Program-made: the position numbers and the translations under genes
Source of the DNA: Octopus vulgaris
Lineage: Eukaryota
Direction: 5' to 3'
NCBI GenBank assembly: GCA_951406725.2
Contig: OX597817.1
Coordinates: 151,094,001 to 151,158,000, forward strand
DNA length: 64,000 bases
Part shown: positions 1-64,000 of the stretch, one piece after another
Numbering within the stretch: the first letter of the stretch is position 1
Layout of the letters: every line of letters begins with the position of its first letter
Notes under the pieces: model-generated
Databases searched by the model: none
Seen by the model: the letters and a program-made list of their open reading frames with translations, nothing else
Told to the model about the DNA's origin: nothing

Positions 1-198
1 TGTGTATCTGTGTGTTTGTCTGTGACTGTGTATGTGTTTGCGTGTGTGTATATTATTGAAAGAGGATCTTATTTCCTGTTGTATTTTAAAGGTTACATCT
101 ACAAATGACCCTGATAACAGCCAACCAGCATAGACAATTACTTCTGACTTGCTTTAGCTTGTAAGCAATTTAAATATAAGCAATTTTAAACAACAAAC

Positions 199-62310
<62,112 letters not shown>

Positions 62311-62709
62311 CTGAAGAATTAACCATGTAAAATAAAGTTCAGAAAAACAAGCAACAAACAAAACAAATTACAAAAAAATAATTGTACAGGACTACAGAAG
62401 AGCAAATTATGAATTCTGAGAGTCATTATATCAGATGCACAAACAATTCTGCCAAATTACTACCTTTTCCCTACTAGAATAGAACTGATGAGAATTTAAA
62501 GAAAATCAAAATTCTGATAGTCTGGTTAATAATAACCTGATCTCGTGAATTTTAGGCCAAATTCCTCCTCTTGGCCGACAAATAGTCTTGTTTTGGCGTC
62601 ACATACATTTTGCATATGTAAAGAAATTAAATACTAAATAAGAATAAGTATATATAATACATATATATAAGTATATATAATAAATAAATAAATAAATAAT
62701 ATATATACG

Positions 62710-62744
<35 letters not shown>

Positions 62745-62750
<6 letters not shown>

Positions 62751-62996
62751 CAATATTAAGGAATGGCCTTGATAGGCCATTCGACCCACTAGAAAGAGCA
62801 GCTAAACTCAAACTGCTAAATAGTTGTAATTCAGAAACCAAAGGAAAATAAAAACATTTACCCTTATACCCGTATAAGGGTAAATGTCTTTATTTTCCTT
62901 TGGTTTCTGAATTACAACTATTTAGCGGTTTGAGTTTAGCTGCTCTTTCTAGTGGGTCGAATGGCCTATCAAGGCCATTCCTTAATATTATTGAAT
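62745..62996. repeat. Near-perfect 252-bp palindrome (125-bp arms, 2-nt loop, 3 mismatches)
   Basis: Direct comparison about the centre 62870/62871 (cccttatac-cc-gtataaggg). Confidence 0.95.
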
Positions 62997-63090
62997 GTAT
63001 ATTATACAGTCTGTTGACTATTTTTTTATTTCTCACTGGACCGCTGGTGGCGAAAAATTTCTCTTGAATTTTTTGCTGCCCTGATATTGA

Positions 63091-63136
<46 letters not shown>

Positions 63137-63141
63137 TATAC

Positions 63142-63206
<65 letters not shown>

Positions 63207-63346
63207 GTATTTTTTCGATGTGTACAAATAACATGGAAAAAATAAATAAATAGTTACCAGGGTAGCAAAAATTCACTTAAGAGCCAAGGATATTACAGAC
63301 TACTTATAAAGGTAAAAATTCCAGGGTTTGGTGAAATATGGCATGG

Positions 63347-63664
63347 ATAAATTAAGAAATGGAGTTAAACGCAGGTGTTATTCAAATCTTTATACTTCCG
63401 ACATATGTTTCAAAGAAAACATTCATATTATTCCAGAGGGAATAAAATGGTGTAAAACAATGTAATCATCTCGTCAGTAATCACATTCAGTTAAAATCGG
63501 TTATTGATATGTTTTGCTTCTCTTTTTTTGCCTGACGAGATGATTGCATGTTGTTTTACATCACTTTATTCTCTTTGGAATGATATCAATGTTTTCTTTG
63601 AAACATATGTTGGAAGTATAAAGATTTGAATAACACCTGCTTTCAACTCCACTTCTTAATTTAT
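63347..63664. mobile_element. Fold-back element, family P5, with a hammerhead-like motif in each arm
   Basis: ~130-bp inverted arms; CTGACGAG...GAAACATATGT(C/T) in both orientations. Confidence 0.75.
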
Positions 63665-63703
63665 ATATATATATGTATGTATGTATATATGTATATATAT
63701 GTA

Positions 63704-63759
<56 letters not shown>

Positions 63760-63909
63760 CAATCAAAGCAATTAAGATTCAAGTCAATTCCAATGAATTT
63801 ACTTGAATGTGGTACTTAACTTAGATGCACCAGAAAAACTATATGGTGTTAACCATACAGTAATGTGGGGTGATTATAAACGAGAAAGAAGCAACAAGAA
63901 TGGATTAGT

Positions 63910-64000
63910 TTTTAGTACAATTGTTTCATACAAAGACAGGCTTTATTACAAGTTGCAAAAATTGCAGCAGATAAAAGTGTCCCGTACTCATCAGCTAAAA
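63910..64000 (-). ncRNA. Type I hammerhead ribozyme, core intact
   Basis: Minus strand: UUUUAG-CUGAUGA-GUAC[long stem-loop]GUAU-GAAA-CAAUUG-UA|CUAAAA. Stem I is 6 bp, stem III palindromic, GUA triplet. Confidence 0.8.

Noticed and set aside
62484-62520. ctgatgagaattt..aaattc hammerhead-like start
   Set aside because: No GAAA, stem III or stem I partner follows; compatible with chance.

Overview
AT-rich, repeat-dense animal genomic DNA. The SINE repertoire and microsatellite load suggest an octopus or other coleoid cephalopod; this is inferred from pattern recognition, not a database match. One large minus-strand gene spans the whole window and is open at both ends. I assembled 22 GT-AG exons by hand with consistent phases (3379 nt, about 1126 codons). 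The predicted protein has a copper-ligand-less cupredoxin-like domain, a YYTLDGTxP (CHB_HEX_C/Fn3_assoc-like) domain, 2 FN3-like domains, a Ser/Glu/Asn-rich repeat linker and about 5 more FN3-like domains. One exon is a candidate 21-nt frame-preserving microexon. The introns hold four or more tRNA-SINE families, LINE remnants (CR1, RTE, Tx1, Dong/R4, Penelope), DNA transposons and MITEs (mariner, hAT, piggyBac, Chapaev3-like, Merlin/MULE-like, Helitron, Helentron) and mini/microsatellites. The most unusual signal is a set of about 8 fold-back (palindromic) intronic elements from several families whose arms carry Penelope-type type I hammerhead ribozyme motifs. One family joins a Pol III tRNA head to a hammerhead in head-to-head dimers. 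Two nearly intact hammerheads lie on the host gene's sense strand (39624-39668 and 63910-64000). Most ORFs in the supplied track are microsatellite or repeat artefacts.
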